A DNA stretch of 64,000 nucleotides from Thraustochytrium aureum (lineage: Eukaryota). Shown here in pieces: positions 26,419 to 38,000 of the stretch. Each line of letters starts with the position of its first letter. The stretch's first letter is position 1. The position numbers were made by a program, and so were the translations under genes. The notes under the pieces are model-generated. The model searched no databases and was not told where the DNA came from. It saw only the letters and a program-made list of their open reading frames with translations. The stretch is from contig BLSG01000260.1 of the NCBI GenBank assembly GCA_012862495.1, positions 87,745-151,744 of the forward strand, written 5' to 3'.

Positions 26419-26634
26419 GTCGGCAAGGTCGACGGCAACGACGACGGCAAGGTCGACGGCAACGACGACGGCAAGGTCGACGACACTGGCAGCGACAAGC
26501 GCGACGGCAACGACGTCGGCAAGGTCGACGGCAACGACGACGGCAAGGTCGACGACACTGGCAGCGACAGGCGCGACGAAACCGGCGCCGACCAGGACGA
26601 CGAAACCGGCGACGACCTGGACGACGGAGTACAA
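26419..26634. repeat. Degenerate 24-bp (2x12-bp) tandem repeat, about 9 units, probably coding
   Basis: GACGGCAAGGTCGACGGCAACGAC-type units, open in several frames. Confidence 0.8.
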
Positions 26635-27378
26635 GGCGCTAGCGACGACCAGGTCGGCGTCGACGGACTCGAAATCGCGAGCGACGACCGTGACGACAAC
26701 GGCGGGCGCGGTCTCGGTCGCAGGCAGCGGGCTTGCTTGGCGAGGAACTGCTCGGGGCGAGGGCGATGGCAAGGAGAGATCGGAGCGGCGCAGACGGGGG
26801 TCTGCGCGGGGCAGGCGCGCCTCGAGGGCCGTCGACGTGCTTGAACGCCGCAGCANNNNNNNNNNNNNNNNNNNNNNNNNNNNNNNNNNNNNNNNNNNNN
26901 NNNNNNNNNNNNNNNNNNNNNNNNNNNNNNNNNNNNNNNNNNNNNNNNNNNNNNNNNNNNNNNNNNNNNNNNNNNNNNNNNNNNNNNNNNNNNNNNNNNN
27001 NNNNNNNNNNNNNNNNNNNNNNNNNNNNNNNNNNNNNNNNNNNNNNNNNNNNNNNNNNNNNNNNNNNNNNNNNNNNNNNNNNNNNNNNNNNNNNNNNNNN
27101 NNNNNNNNNNNNNNNNNNNNNNNNNNNNNNNNNNNNNNNNNNNNNNNNNNNNNNNNNNNNNNNNNNNNNNNNNNNNNNNNNNNNNNNNNNNNNNNNNNNN
27201 NNNNNNNNNNNNNNNNNNNNNNNNNNNNNNNNNNNNNNNNNNNNNNNNNNNNNNNNNNNNNNNNNNNNNNNNNNNNNNNNNNNNNNNNNNNNNNNNNNNN
27301 NNNNNNNNNNNNNNNNNNNNNNNNNNNNNNNNNNNNNNNNNNNNNNNNNNNNNNNNNNNNNNNNNNNNNNNNNNNNNC

Positions 27379-28087
27379 AGGGCAAGCCCATGGGAAGCGC
27401 GTGTTGAAGCAGGCGACGAGCCCCCGTTCACGCGGGCCGCGGAATCGGAGCGGGACGAGGCAGAAACGGCACGAAACGACTCGCTCCAAGCGAGTTGCGA
27501 GGCGTGGACATGCGAGCGCTGCACGCTCTTCAACCCGCACGGCCCTCCGCGATGCGCGGCCTGCAACAGCTCGCGCAAGGCGCAGCTTCGCAGCCTGGAG
27601 GCGACTTCGCGCGACAAACGCACCCTGGCGCAGAAGCTGGGAATCGTGGCTGGCCCCGCGGCCCCGCTGACTGAGAGCGAGTGGAAAGCTCTGGAGCACC
27701 AGTCCGAGACGCGCAAGGACTCGTACGAGCCCTGCGCGATTTGCAGGCAGGACTTTGGGTCTGACGAGCAAATTCTCCTCAGTTGCTCGCACGTTTTCCA
27801 CGCCAACTGCCTGGCGAGCTTTGAGCGGTTTGTGCGCAGCAAAGAGCGCTGCTGCCCGCTGTGCCGCAAGGCCGACTACGAAAAGCGCGTGGTCAAGCTT
27901 GGGGCCAAGGCCCACCGCGTGCAGAGCGCGACGCGGATCCAGGCCCACGTGCGGCGATACCAAGCGCGCTGCAGGTTGCTGGTCGCGCTCGGCCAGCTTT
28001 ACGCGGCAGGCGGCGGGAGCGCGCAACAGCGGCACAAGTTCTTCGCCAACAAGCTCACGAGCGTGGCCGACCGGTTGCTGCAGACGA
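27379..28087 (+). CDS. RNF32: RNF32-like RING-H2/IQ protein with a RanBP2-type zinc finger, partial between gaps
   Basis: One open frame: WTCERCTLFNPHGPPRCAAC, then TLAQKLGI...PLTESEW...CAICRQDF...LLSCSHVFHANCLASFERF...CPLCRK, then IQ motif IQAHVRRYQAR. Confidence 0.8.
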
Positions 28088-28593
28088 NNNNNNNNNNNNN
28101 NNNNNNNNNNNNNNNNNNNNNNNNNNNNNNNNNNNNNNNNNNNNNNNNNNNNNNNNNNNNNNNNNNNNNNNNNNNNNNNNNNNNNNNNNNNNNNNNNNNN
28201 NNNNNNNNNNNNNNNNNNNNNNNNNNNNNNNNNNNNNNNNNNNNNNNNNNNNNNNNNNNNNNNNNNNNNNNNNNNNNNNNNNNNNNNNNNNNNNNNNNNN
28301 NNNNNNNNNNNNNNNNNNNNNNNNNNNNNNNNNNNNNNNNNNNNNNNNNNNNNNNNNNNNNNNNNNNNNNNNNNNNNNNNNNNNNNNNNNNNNNNNNNNN
28401 NNNNNNNNNNNNNNNNNNNNNNNNNNNNNNNNNNNNNNNNNNNNNNNNNNNNNNNNNNNNNNNNNNNNNNNNNNNNNNNNNNNNNNNNNNNNNNNNNNNN
28501 NNNNNNNNNNNNNNNNNNNNNNNNNNNNNNNNNNNNNNNNNNNNNNNNNNNNNNNNNNNNNNNNNNNNNNNNNNNNNNNNNNNNNNNNNNNNN

Positions 28594-29232
28594 AAAGCAG
28601 CTGGAGAAGACGCTCGTGGACCTGCAGACGACCTACCTGGACCTTTACCTGATCCACTGGCCGGTGCCCGGCAAGCACGTCGCGGCGTACAAGGCGCTGG
28701 AGGAGCTGCAGCGCGAAGGCAAGGTCCGGTCCATCGGCGTGAGCAACTACACGGTGGAAGACGTCGAAGAGCTGCTGGCGGCGGGGTGCTCTGTCCCCGC
28801 CGTGAACCAGCTCGAAGTCAACCCTTTCTTGTTCCGGCCAGAGACGCTGCGCTACATGAAGAGCAAAGGCATCCTCGTCGAGGCGTACCGCGGGCTTTAC
28901 AACGGCAAGGCGCTGCAGCACCCGCTCCTGGTCGAGATAGCGGCGCGCCACGCTCGCACGGTACCTCAGCTGATGGCCAAGTTTCTCCTGCAGCATGGGA
29001 TCGTCGTGGTTTCCAAGTCCTCGCACCCTGACCGCGTGCGGTCCAACGTCGATCTGGACGGTTTCGAGCTGTCTTGCGAGGAGCTAAAGCAGATGAAGGC
29101 CTCACACGGCCCGAGGCCTTGGAGTCATTTGCGGATTTGTACCGCAAATGCGCTGTGCGCGACACACCGCTCGAAGCGGCTGTAGCGCGGGGCGAGGACG
29201 TCGGCCTTCGTCAGACATTCACACTTGCGTAG
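28594..29232 (+). CDS. Aldo-keto reductase, 5' partial
   Basis: YLDLYLIHWP, GKVRSIGVSNY, PAVNQLEVNP, SKSSHPDRVRSN. A frameshift near 29098 extends the ORF to TAG 29232. Confidence 0.9.
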
Positions 29233-29349
29233 GCAGCGGTCTCTGCGTGGCCCGTGGGCGTCTTGCTGGAATTGCGTTTGGCAGAGGGTGAAAGACCACT
29301 TCGACAACACCTTGACTTTATATATATACCTAGAACACTTGCGCCTGGC

Positions 29350-29418
29350 CTGCAGTTCCTGTTCGCGGCCTTCTGCAGTTCCTGTTCGCGGCATTCTGCA
29401 GTTCCTGTTCGCGGCCTG
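29350..29418. repeat. 23-bp tandem repeat x3 (CTGCAGTTCCTGTTCGCGGCxxx)
   Basis: Seen directly, between the convergent 3' ends of the AKR and RBR genes. Confidence 0.9.
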
Positions 29419-29512
29419 CGCAGCGCCTTACTTGTGACCTTGCGATGTGTGAGCCTTTGCGGTTCATGACCAGGGCAGTTGATTGTCCGACGGCCGCGCT
29501 CTGCTATTGATA

Positions 29513-30627
29513 TCAAGACCGCTCTACTGGGCCGCCAGCACCGAGCATGCGCCTGCAAGGGCCAAAGACGCCAGTTTCCGTCTGGAAGTGCGCGATACCT
29601 GGGTTCGCGCGCTCAAACTGATAAAAGTTGCCGCACAGCTCCTCGCCGCAATTGTAGCAAAAGTCTGTGCGCGGGCGGGAGCACCCGAGGGTTGCTCGAT
29701 GCGTCATGTGGTTGCAGCCATCCGCCTTCTCAATCCACTTGGTGCAGCCCGGGCACCGCTGAAAGCCGGCCTTTCGAGCTGCGCCATCAAGCGGCCCAAG
29801 GCAAGTGTCGCTCTTGGTTTCGTTGCGCGAGACACGGCGGCACTCGGCGCAGTAAACGGTATCTGGGTTGGCGCCGCGGTCAAGCTCGATGGCCGCCCCA
29901 CAGCCGGCCTGAGGGCAGTAGAACAGGCGCAGCCCAGCCCCAGAAAGGCTGGACTGCGCCGCGCGCAGCTGATAGGTGTCCAGCTCGGGCCCGCTCAACA
30001 CAAGGACAACCCTATCGGCAGCTACAAAATCCCCGCATCCCTCGGCGTGCCCTGGACATTTGATCGGAAACTGCGACACATCGCCGAGCGCGTGTTGGAC
30101 GTACCCGCGTAGACAGTCGGTGCAGATGTAGTGGCCCTCCCGGCACTCAGTGCCCGCCTCGCCAGATCGCACGTCGTCCATGCAGACAAGGCACTGCGTC
30201 ACAGCTTGATTGGTAGCACTGGCCGTAGCCGCAGGTCTAGACTGCGCAGATTCTGGCCGGCCCGGTCGTCCTGCGGCTGGCACCTGCCGGGTTGCGCGAG
30301 GCGACGCTCTGCAACTGCCATCGCTGCCGGGCAGTGGGTATCGGACTGCCGGCTCGGGAGGTCGGTGCACCGGCCGCGGAAGAGTCGGCGATTCGCGCAC
30401 AACACGTAAGCGGTGGCCGATGTCCTGCCATGCCACGCGCGCCGTGTACTCGTCGAGGTGGCCAGGAAACGCGAGCTTGACGTAAGACTGCGACAGCCGC
30501 ACGACAACAGCATCTGTCCAAGCGCCGCCCATGAGGGCTTGCAGCCTGGCGCCGATCGCCACGTCGCGCCGAGCATTGGGCGCGCGATACCGCTGCCTTT
30601 CGAGGACAACGGCTTGGCCCAGGTACG
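29513..30627 (-). CDS. RBR-type E3 ubiquitin ligase, 5' partial
   Basis: RING1 (CLVC...CREGHYICTDC...CPGHAEGC), short IBR (CPQAGC...CAEC) and Rcat (CPGCTKWIEKADGCNHMTH...FCYNC). Tudor-like segment upstream. Confidence 0.82.
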
Positions 30628-31151
30628 NNNNNNNNNNNNNNNNNNNNNNNNNNNNNNNNNNNNNNNNNNNNNNNNNNNNNNNNNNNNNNNNNNNNNNNNN
30701 NNNNNNNNNNNNNNNNNNNNNNNNNNNNNNNNNNNNNNNNNNNNNNNNNNNNNNNNNNNNNNNNNNNNNNNNNNNNNNNNNNNNNNNNNNNNNNNNNNNN
30801 NNNNNNNNNNNNNNNNNNNNNNNNNNNNNNNNNNNNNNNNNNNNNNNNNNNNNNNNNNNNNNNNNNNNNNNNNNNNNNNNNNNNNNNNNNNNNNNNNNNN
30901 NNNNNNNNNNNNNNNNNNNNNNNNNNNNNNNNNNNNNNNNNNNNNNNNNNNNNNNNNNNNNNNNNNNNNNNNNNNNNNNNNNNNNNNNNNNNNNNNNNNN
31001 NNNNNNNNNNNNNNNNNNNNNNNNNNNNNNNNNNNNNNNNNNNNNCGGTCGTGCCGCCTCGCGGGAGAGCACCGGCGAGCCGCGCCTCGCGCCACAAGCA
31101 GCAGCAGCAGCGCCGGGCGCGAGCTAGTGGAGAACAGGGGACGCGAGGAGG

Positions 31152-33068
31152 ATGCAGAGCCAGGCCAAGGTCGTTCTGGTCGGCGCCGGGCGCATGGGCC
31201 AGGTGCGCGCCCCACTTCTGTACGCGCACGCGCGCGCGAACCTCGTCGCAGTGGTCGACCCTTACGTTCCTGCTGGCGCGGCCCTGGCAGGCACGTTTGG
31301 GGCGCTCCACTTTGTGTCGCTTGCCGACGCCGTGGAGGCGACCAAGCCGGACTGCGTGTGGATCGCGACGGGGACCTCGACCCATGAAGAGCTCATCCTC
31401 CAAGCTGCTGCGAAAGGGCTGCACATCTTTTGCGAGAAGCCCGTGCACGGCGAGCCGGGGAAAATCGAGGAGCTGTTTGCGGCGTGCGCGAAGGCCGGCG
31501 TAAAGCTGTGCTGCGGTTTCCAGCGGCGGTTTGACCCCAGCTACCGGGCTGCGAGGCAGCACGTGCTGGACGGCCGCGTGGGCACCCCGACCATGGTGCG
31601 GGTGTTCTTCGCCGACCACCCGATCCCCCCGCTCGAGTTTCTGAAAAAGGAGGGCGACCCCTTCATGGACCTGGCCCCGCACGACATCGACTTTGTGAAC
31701 TGGGTGCTGCGCGACCACCCCGTGCAGGTCTTCGGGTCCGGGAGCTCGTCCACGCGCGAGCTGGCGGACTGCGGCGTGCTGGACAACTCGATGATCACCT
31801 TGGTGTACAGTAAGGGCACCCTTGTGACCCTGATGATGAGTCGTGGCGCCCAGTACGGCTACGACCAGCGGGCAGAGATTTTCGGCACCAAGGGCATGGT
31901 GCAGGTCGAGAACCAGCGCGGCAACGAATGCGTGCTTTCCACTGCCGCGGGGGTCCAGGGGGCCAAGCTCATGCACTCTTTCCCGGAGCGCTTTCGAGAG
32001 GCCTTCTCGAACGAGGTGGACGCATTCATTCGAGCCGTGCTGTGCGGAGACGCGTGGCCGGTTCGCAGCGCGGACTGCGTCAAGACGCAGAAAATCTGCA
32101 TCGCCGCGTCAGAGTCGCAGAGGCTCGGGGCGGCGGTCGCGTACGAGAGCTACAGACTGCAGGTGCGCCCGGTCGGTAATGGGCCATTCGGGGCTTATGC
32201 GACCGGCCTGTTTGCCCAAGGGCGGCGCGCCACGATTCTCGAGCCGTGTTCCCGAAGTGGGCCGCTCTCCTGGGCCGACTCGGTTGTTGGCGACCCCTCG
32301 GTGCATGCTGTGTACATCGCGAGCCCGGACGAGCTGCACCAGCCTCAGGCGATCGAGTGCCTTGAGGCCGGCAAGCACGTCCTCGTAGAAAAACCTGTCA
32401 AGCCCGCGTTTGAGCAAGTGCGGCGTGTGTGGGACGATGCCTGCAGCTCGCACCCAGGTCTTGTGTTCATGGTCGGCTTCCAGCGGCGGTACCACGACCA
32501 GTTCCTGGCTGCCAAAGAGTTTGTGCAAAGGACGCAGGGGATCAAAAAGCTGGTTATTACGTCGCGTGACCCTGTGCCGGCTGTTGAGGATCTCGTCCAT
32601 GTCCTTTACAACTCGGTGTGTCACGACGTCGACATGATGTGCTGGCTGTTTCCTGGGCTTGCGTTTTCTGCGACATCGGTGCGCCTGGACGCGGCGACGT
32701 CCGGGATCGAGATCGACGGTTGCTTGGCGCTTGCGAGCTCTGTTGCCGCGGCGGGCGAGCCAGTCCAGGTTCGGCTGTTGTATGCGAAGGGGGCCGATTC
32801 GTACGTGCAAGAAGTGCGCGTCGAGTACGAAGCGGAGGGACGCAAGGAGGCGCGATTTGGGACGGCCGAGTTTTCTGCTTGTGAGGATGGCAACTTTTGC
32901 TCTGTGTACCGGCACGCGTACGAGGCGCAGTTTTCGCACTTCGTAGACCTGTGCGAGAACGGGGAGCCCGCGTCCGAAGCGGCGGAGCGTATGGACAGCT
33001 ACAGCCGCACCTTTCGCGTGCTCAACGAGTTGGCTGCGCGCCAAGAGTTTGCTCCTCCTCCTGCGTAG
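31152..33068 (+). CDS. Gfo/Idh/MocA oxidoreductase (inositol 2-dehydrogenase-like) with two tandem modules
   Basis: Module 1: GAGRMG, CEKP, GFQRRFD, DLAPHDID, YGYDQRAE, SFPERF. Module 2: GNGPFG, VEKP, GFQRRY, SRDP, NSVCHDVD. Confidence 0.88.
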   Translation: MQSQAKVVLVGAGRMGQVRAPLLYAHARANLVAVVDPYVPAGAALAGTFGALHFVSLADAVEATKPDCVWIATGTSTHEELILQAAAKGLHIFCEKPVHGEPGKIEELFAACAKAGVKLCCGFQRRFDPSYRAARQHVLDGRVGTPTMVRVFFADHPIPPLEFLKKEGDPFMDLAPHDIDFVNWVLRDHPVQVFGSGSSSTRELADCGVLDNSMITLVYSKGTLVTLMMSRGAQYGYDQRAEIFGTKGMVQVENQRGNECVLSTAAGVQGAKLMHSFPERFREAFSNEVDAFIRAVLCGDAWPVRSADCVKTQKICIAASESQRLGAAVAYESYRLQVRPVGNGPFGAYATGLFAQGRRATILEPCSRSGPLSWADSVVGDPSVHAVYIASPDELHQPQAIECLEAGKHVLVEKPVKPAFEQVRRVWDDACSSHPGLVFMVGFQRRYHDQFLAAKEFVQRTQGIKKLVITSRDPVPAVEDLVHVLYNSVCHDVDMMCWLFPGLAFSATSVRLDAATSGIEIDGCLALASSVAAAGEPVQVRLLYAKGADSYVQEVRVEYEAEGRKEARFGTAEFSACEDGNFCSVYRHAYEAQFSHFVDLCENGEPASEAAERMDSYSRTFRVLNELAARQEFAPPPA

Positions 33069-33203
33069 TAGGCTCCGCAGGGATCACTCGCGCTCGAAGC
33101 GATGCCAGTGGGTGCACATGTGTTGACGCTTTTCATGAAAAATGAAAACTTTATAGAAAAATAAACAAGCTTGTCGGACAAGCTGCTGCGAGCTCCAGAA
33201 GGG

Positions 33204-34260
33204 CTACAATTTCGCGACGGACGACCCTGAGACAAAGACGATCACCTTTCCGCGCGCGTGGCCGCTCTCGAGCTTGGCAAATGCATCGCGAAAGTTGTCG
33301 AGCTGGAAGCTTGAGTCAACGAGGGGCTTTACCTTGCCCTCGTCGCAGAGACGCGCAAGCGTGGCCAGCGTCGCCCCGTTTGGCTGGACCACGCAAAATT
33401 TGTAGTACGGGCCGACGGCGTACTGCGCTGCGATGCGATATGCGCTGTAGAGGAATCCTGCAACGGATCCGATGGTGGAAGTGGCGCCCGAGACGCCATC
33501 AGGGATCGCTTTGTCGCTGCCAAACTTTGTCGCCCAGCCGCTGTTCATGATGTTGATATAAGTCCCTGAGCTCTTGATGCACTGAATGGACCGCAGCTCG
33601 TAGTCGCCGCCCATCAGGTCGAACACGTAGTCCATTTCCTTGGCCACGTCTTCGAAGCGCTCCTTGTTGTAGTCGATCACGACGTCCGCGCCGAGGCTTT
33701 TCACGAGGTCCGAGTTGCGCTCAGAGCAGGTTGTGTACACGACGAGACCGCAGCACTTTGCGTACTGAATCGCCATGCTCCCGACCCCGCCGGCGCCGGC
33801 GTGGATTAGGATCTTGCGCCCCGGCTCGGGGGGTGTCCGGGGCGAGGCCGGCCCTCGCGAAGCTCTGCACAACGGTGTTGCCCGCAAGGGGCAAGGCAGC
33901 CACCTGCTCCAGGGAGAGCGAGGTGGGCGCCTTGGCGGCATGCTGTTCGCGCAGCACGACAAGCTCGCTCAGGCTGCCTTGCTTGTCCAAGATCGGGAGA
34001 AGGGCCATGACTCGGTCGCCCTTCGCAAACGCCGAGCCAGCGTCGGCTTCCTCGACGACGCCGACCAGGTCGCTGCCCGTAACTTTGGGCAGCGGCATGA
34101 ACGGTATCTTATTGGCCCTGATCTTCCAGTCCACGGGGTTGAGCGAAGCCGCCTCCACGCGCACCAGCAGCGTCCCAGGCGCCCGGCGCGGCTTGGGCGC
34201 GTTTGCCACCAGCTCGAGGACGTCTGGGCCGCCACACTTTGCGAACACCACAGCCCGCAT
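33204..34260 (-). CDS. NADPH:quinone oxidoreductase, MDR family (RTN4IP1/zeta-crystallin-like)
   Basis: AASLNPVDWK, ILIHAGAGGVGS, GHARGKVI. Frameshift in the G6 run near 33830. Confidence 0.9.
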
Positions 34261-35046
34261 CTTGTGCAGGATATCGCAGAGCGCCTAGGTGTGCAGCTCA
34301 GCGATCTCGTCCGGCGCGTTTAAGTATTCGAAGAAGCGGCTCTGCAGGTCGTCGACGTGTTCGCGTCCGGCGCATCGAGACACGCACGCAGCGCATCGAG
34401 GCTCATCCAGCCAGTCCGATCACATCGCCTACATCCGTTAAAAACGGCCCCAACCGTCCAAAACGAATAGGTCCGTCAATAACGGGAAGTAGTTTCCGTA
34501 GTATACGGTAATATCGTTTGTTATCATAAACATCCGTAGTCTGCGCGCCACCAGCGCCAGCGTAACGGCCATGTGCAATGCATGGGCTCTGCGATGCGAA
34601 GTATTCAGAACAGATGACCCCGGACGCGCAGCAGACCCCGGACGCGCAGCAGGCGATGNNNNNNNNNNNNNNNNNNNNNNNNNNNNNNNNNNNNNNNNNN
34701 NNNNNNNNNNNNNNNNNNNNNNNNNNNNNNNNNNNNNNNNNNNNNNNNNNNNNNNNNNNNNNNNNNNNNNNNNNNNNNNNNNNNNNNNNNNNNNNNNNNN
34801 NNNNNNNNNNNNNNNNNNNNNNNNNNNNNNNCGGTCACCCGCGCCGCCGCAACAGGCGTTGCAGGCGGAGCAGGAACTGCATTCTGGCATCGGCAGTAGG
34901 TGGGCGATCGGCGGTGGGTTGGTCGTCGGCGGCGGGCCGGTGGCGGCGGTGGCGTTTGGGGTTGCTGTCGAGGGCTTGTTGTACCGCGTGATGCCAAGGG
35001 ACAGAGCTCGCTTCAGCTGAAGGCAAGCAGCGCGACGCCCAGGGCC

Positions 35047-38000
35047 ATGCCAGAGGTGGATGTCGCGCCGGTGTTTAGTGAGTACAAGTGGGCCTTTGCC
35101 AAGCGGCGGTTGGCCGAGACCTGGGTCGGCGGCCCGAGGTTGCTCGTCGGGGAAGGTGATGTGAACCAAGCGGTGCCGTGGAAAGCGGTCCTTGCGCAAG
35201 GATCTCTGTGGGTCGCACCGGTGATCGTTGCGGCTGTTTTGCTTGCTGTGTTGGGGCCAAAGGAGGCAGGCAGCGATGATTGGGTTGTTGCAGCGGCGGC
35301 CGTGGCGAGCGCTCTTGCAGCCTGGACCGGAACAATACGTGTCTGCGCGACGAAGCTGCAGAGGGGGACAGCGCGCAGCAGGGCCAAGCTTGGCGAGCTC
35401 GACGTAGACGCTGTACTGCGGGCCTCGGCGCTGTACGACGAAGACGCAATTGACCTTGACTCGCCCGAGGGGTTTTCAAAATTTGCCTTTGACCCCGCAG
35501 AAAGCGCCTCGAGAACGACGAGCAGGGCTCTGGCGGCCGCAGGGCTCGGGGTTTGTCTCGCTTGGAGCTGGGGCGAGTCGACCTTGGCAGGGAAAGCGCT
35601 GTGCTGGCCCGCCATCGGGTCCGCCGTCTACTGCCTCGCTGTCCGACAGCCAGTCGAACTCGCGCAGTGGCGAGCTGGCGGAGACGCATTGGCGGCCACT
35701 TCGCGCGCATGCCATGTCATGCTTGCGTGCTTGGTCTCCGGCGGGACCCTCGGATGGTCTGTTGTCGCCCTGCCTCTGCTTTGGGGCATTGGTTTGCTGC
35801 CCGCGCCAGGCGTCTTGCTCGAGTGGGCCCTCGAGCAGGTTTGCATCTTTGTGCTTGGCGGCACCGCGGCAAGTTCCTCGCGGCGCGCCTGCGTTCACAC
35901 GGCGCTTGGAGCGCTGTGCTGGGCGATCTGTGTGGTGTTGTACAACGCTTTGCCCGCGTATGGGGTGGCTGGAATCGCAACCTTTTTCGGCCTTGGTGGA
36001 GGTGCGCAAGCGTACTTGCTCTGCCGTGGCCTCCTGCTCTGCAGGCCGCGACCAATCTTCAAAGTTGGGGGCGGGGTTTTCCCTGTTGATGCATCAGGGC
36101 TTGTTGGGGATGGTACGCGCAAACGCGGCGCAGACTCTGATCGGGCGCCGCTGCGGCCGGCCGTCAGACCGGCACTAGAGGCTGGAGGTTGCCTCGGCAT
36201 CACGCTCGTATGCAGTGCTGGGGGAGCAGTGCAGTTGGCCTGGGTAGGGCTCTTTGCGATTGCGCTACTTGCGCTGGCTTTGTCCGCTGCAGGGACCGCA
36301 GCTATTGCGTTCAAGAGACCCTTTTTCCTGGGACTGTGGCGCTGGGACTGCCCTCTGAGGAGAGCAAGCCCCCTAGCCCTTCGCACAATGGAGCATGCCG
36401 TGCGCTGCGTCCTGTGCTTTTTCGTTTGCTGCGCCAGCGTTTCTCTCGACAACGAGTTGGTTGTGCTTGGGGGCCAGGGGTTCCCATGTGGCGTGCTGTT
36501 TTGCGTGTTTGTGCTCCGGGCGCTCCGGGTGGCTCTTAGTTCGCCCTCAGCTTCATCGGTTGAGTTTTTCCTCGCAGTCGTCAGCGCCAGCTCCGGTGAG
36601 CAACGCTCGTGGGCAGGCGCCGGCGCTTTGGACACAATTTGGGGATCGTGCGTCGGCAGAGCGTTTGTTTTCGGGTTTGTGCTGGCGCGCGCGTCAGGTG
36701 TCTGCAGGCGCCTCCACTTTGCCTGGGTCCACGTGAACAGCGCAACGAAGAACAAAAAACTGCGGCTCAAGCCGGGGCAGGAGCGCTTATCGCGGCTCTT
36801 CTTGCCCACTTTGGATGTAGTCGTTGCCTGTGTGGCGAGTCTGCTGGACGCGCCCCTCCTGCCACTCGCAGGAACGCCGTTGTTCACTGTTGGGTTCCCG
36901 CGACCCAAGCGGCTGTGGCCAGCGCCAAGCGCGGGCCAGGCCGGCGGCCTGGACTCTAGCTACTATGCCCAAGTTTACCCGCGCCTGATCGCTGCGCTTC
37001 CGCGGCTCTGGCGGCAGAGTGTGGTCCGGCCGTCCAGACTCGGAGACACGATGCTGTTGGTGCGGTTTGAGAAGATGATTGCGTGGGTCTCGTTCCTGGA
37101 GGCTGAGTTTGGCTATGGCATAGTCCAGGTCAAGGGCTTGGAGCTGCAGGAGCCCACGAGCTGCCACGCCGTGGAGGCGAACGCGCTCGACAGGGTCATC
37201 CAAGACACGTTTGACAAGAAGCGCTGGCACGACCAAGAAGCAGGGACTGACGGAGCAAGGAGTAGGGTCGCCCAAGCGGGGTGCGGATGCCTTTCCAGCG
37301 AGCCGTCTGCGCCGGTGGGAGGCATTCTAGAGCCGCTGTGCCGTGAGCAGATCGAGAGCTATTCGCACTCGAGCGTGAGCATGACGGGCGTCCTAGACAA
37401 CCCTGAGTTCTTGCGGCTCGTGGACCGCGCGTACATCCGAACGCTCGTGTGGACTGCTGAGCAGGACGAGTTTCGCGAGATCGTCCAAGCTGCTGGCAAG
37501 GCCGGCCTCCCCTCCTGCAACCAGCTGCGCGACGAGGAGAGAGCCGCTGCCGAGACTTGGCAAAGCTTTCTGCGCTCTGCTCAGGATGGAAAACCGTTTA
37601 CTGCCGGCAGCAGGGCGGGCGAAGTGGCGGGGCCCGAGGGCGTGGTTGGCCCAGCAGGCGACGACTTTGACCTCGACGCGCTCTTGGACGAGATAGAGGA
37701 CGACGAGTTTTTGACGCGAGGGGCCGTTGCTCCACGGCGCGAAGCTAGCGAGGAGACCGCGCGGCCGGCGCCATCGACTACTTTATTGGCTACGCCTCCG
37801 ACAACCGCGCGGGGGCTGCGGCGAGGAGCTTGTGGGCCAGGAGAGTCGGACGGTGGCGACGCCGCCCTCAACGCGCACGGTGCCGTCCAAGCCGGAGGTG
37901 CACAGCCCAGGGTGGCAGTCGCAGCTTGGTCGGCCTGCGCAAGCCTCCGAGGACGCCCACGATGACCTGGAGCGGTCAGGCTCGCTCAACTTTCTAGACG

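Noticed and set aside
27646..29185. Apparent RING-aldo-keto reductase fusion
   Set aside because: An artefact of translation through gap 28088-28593. No sequence supports continuity.
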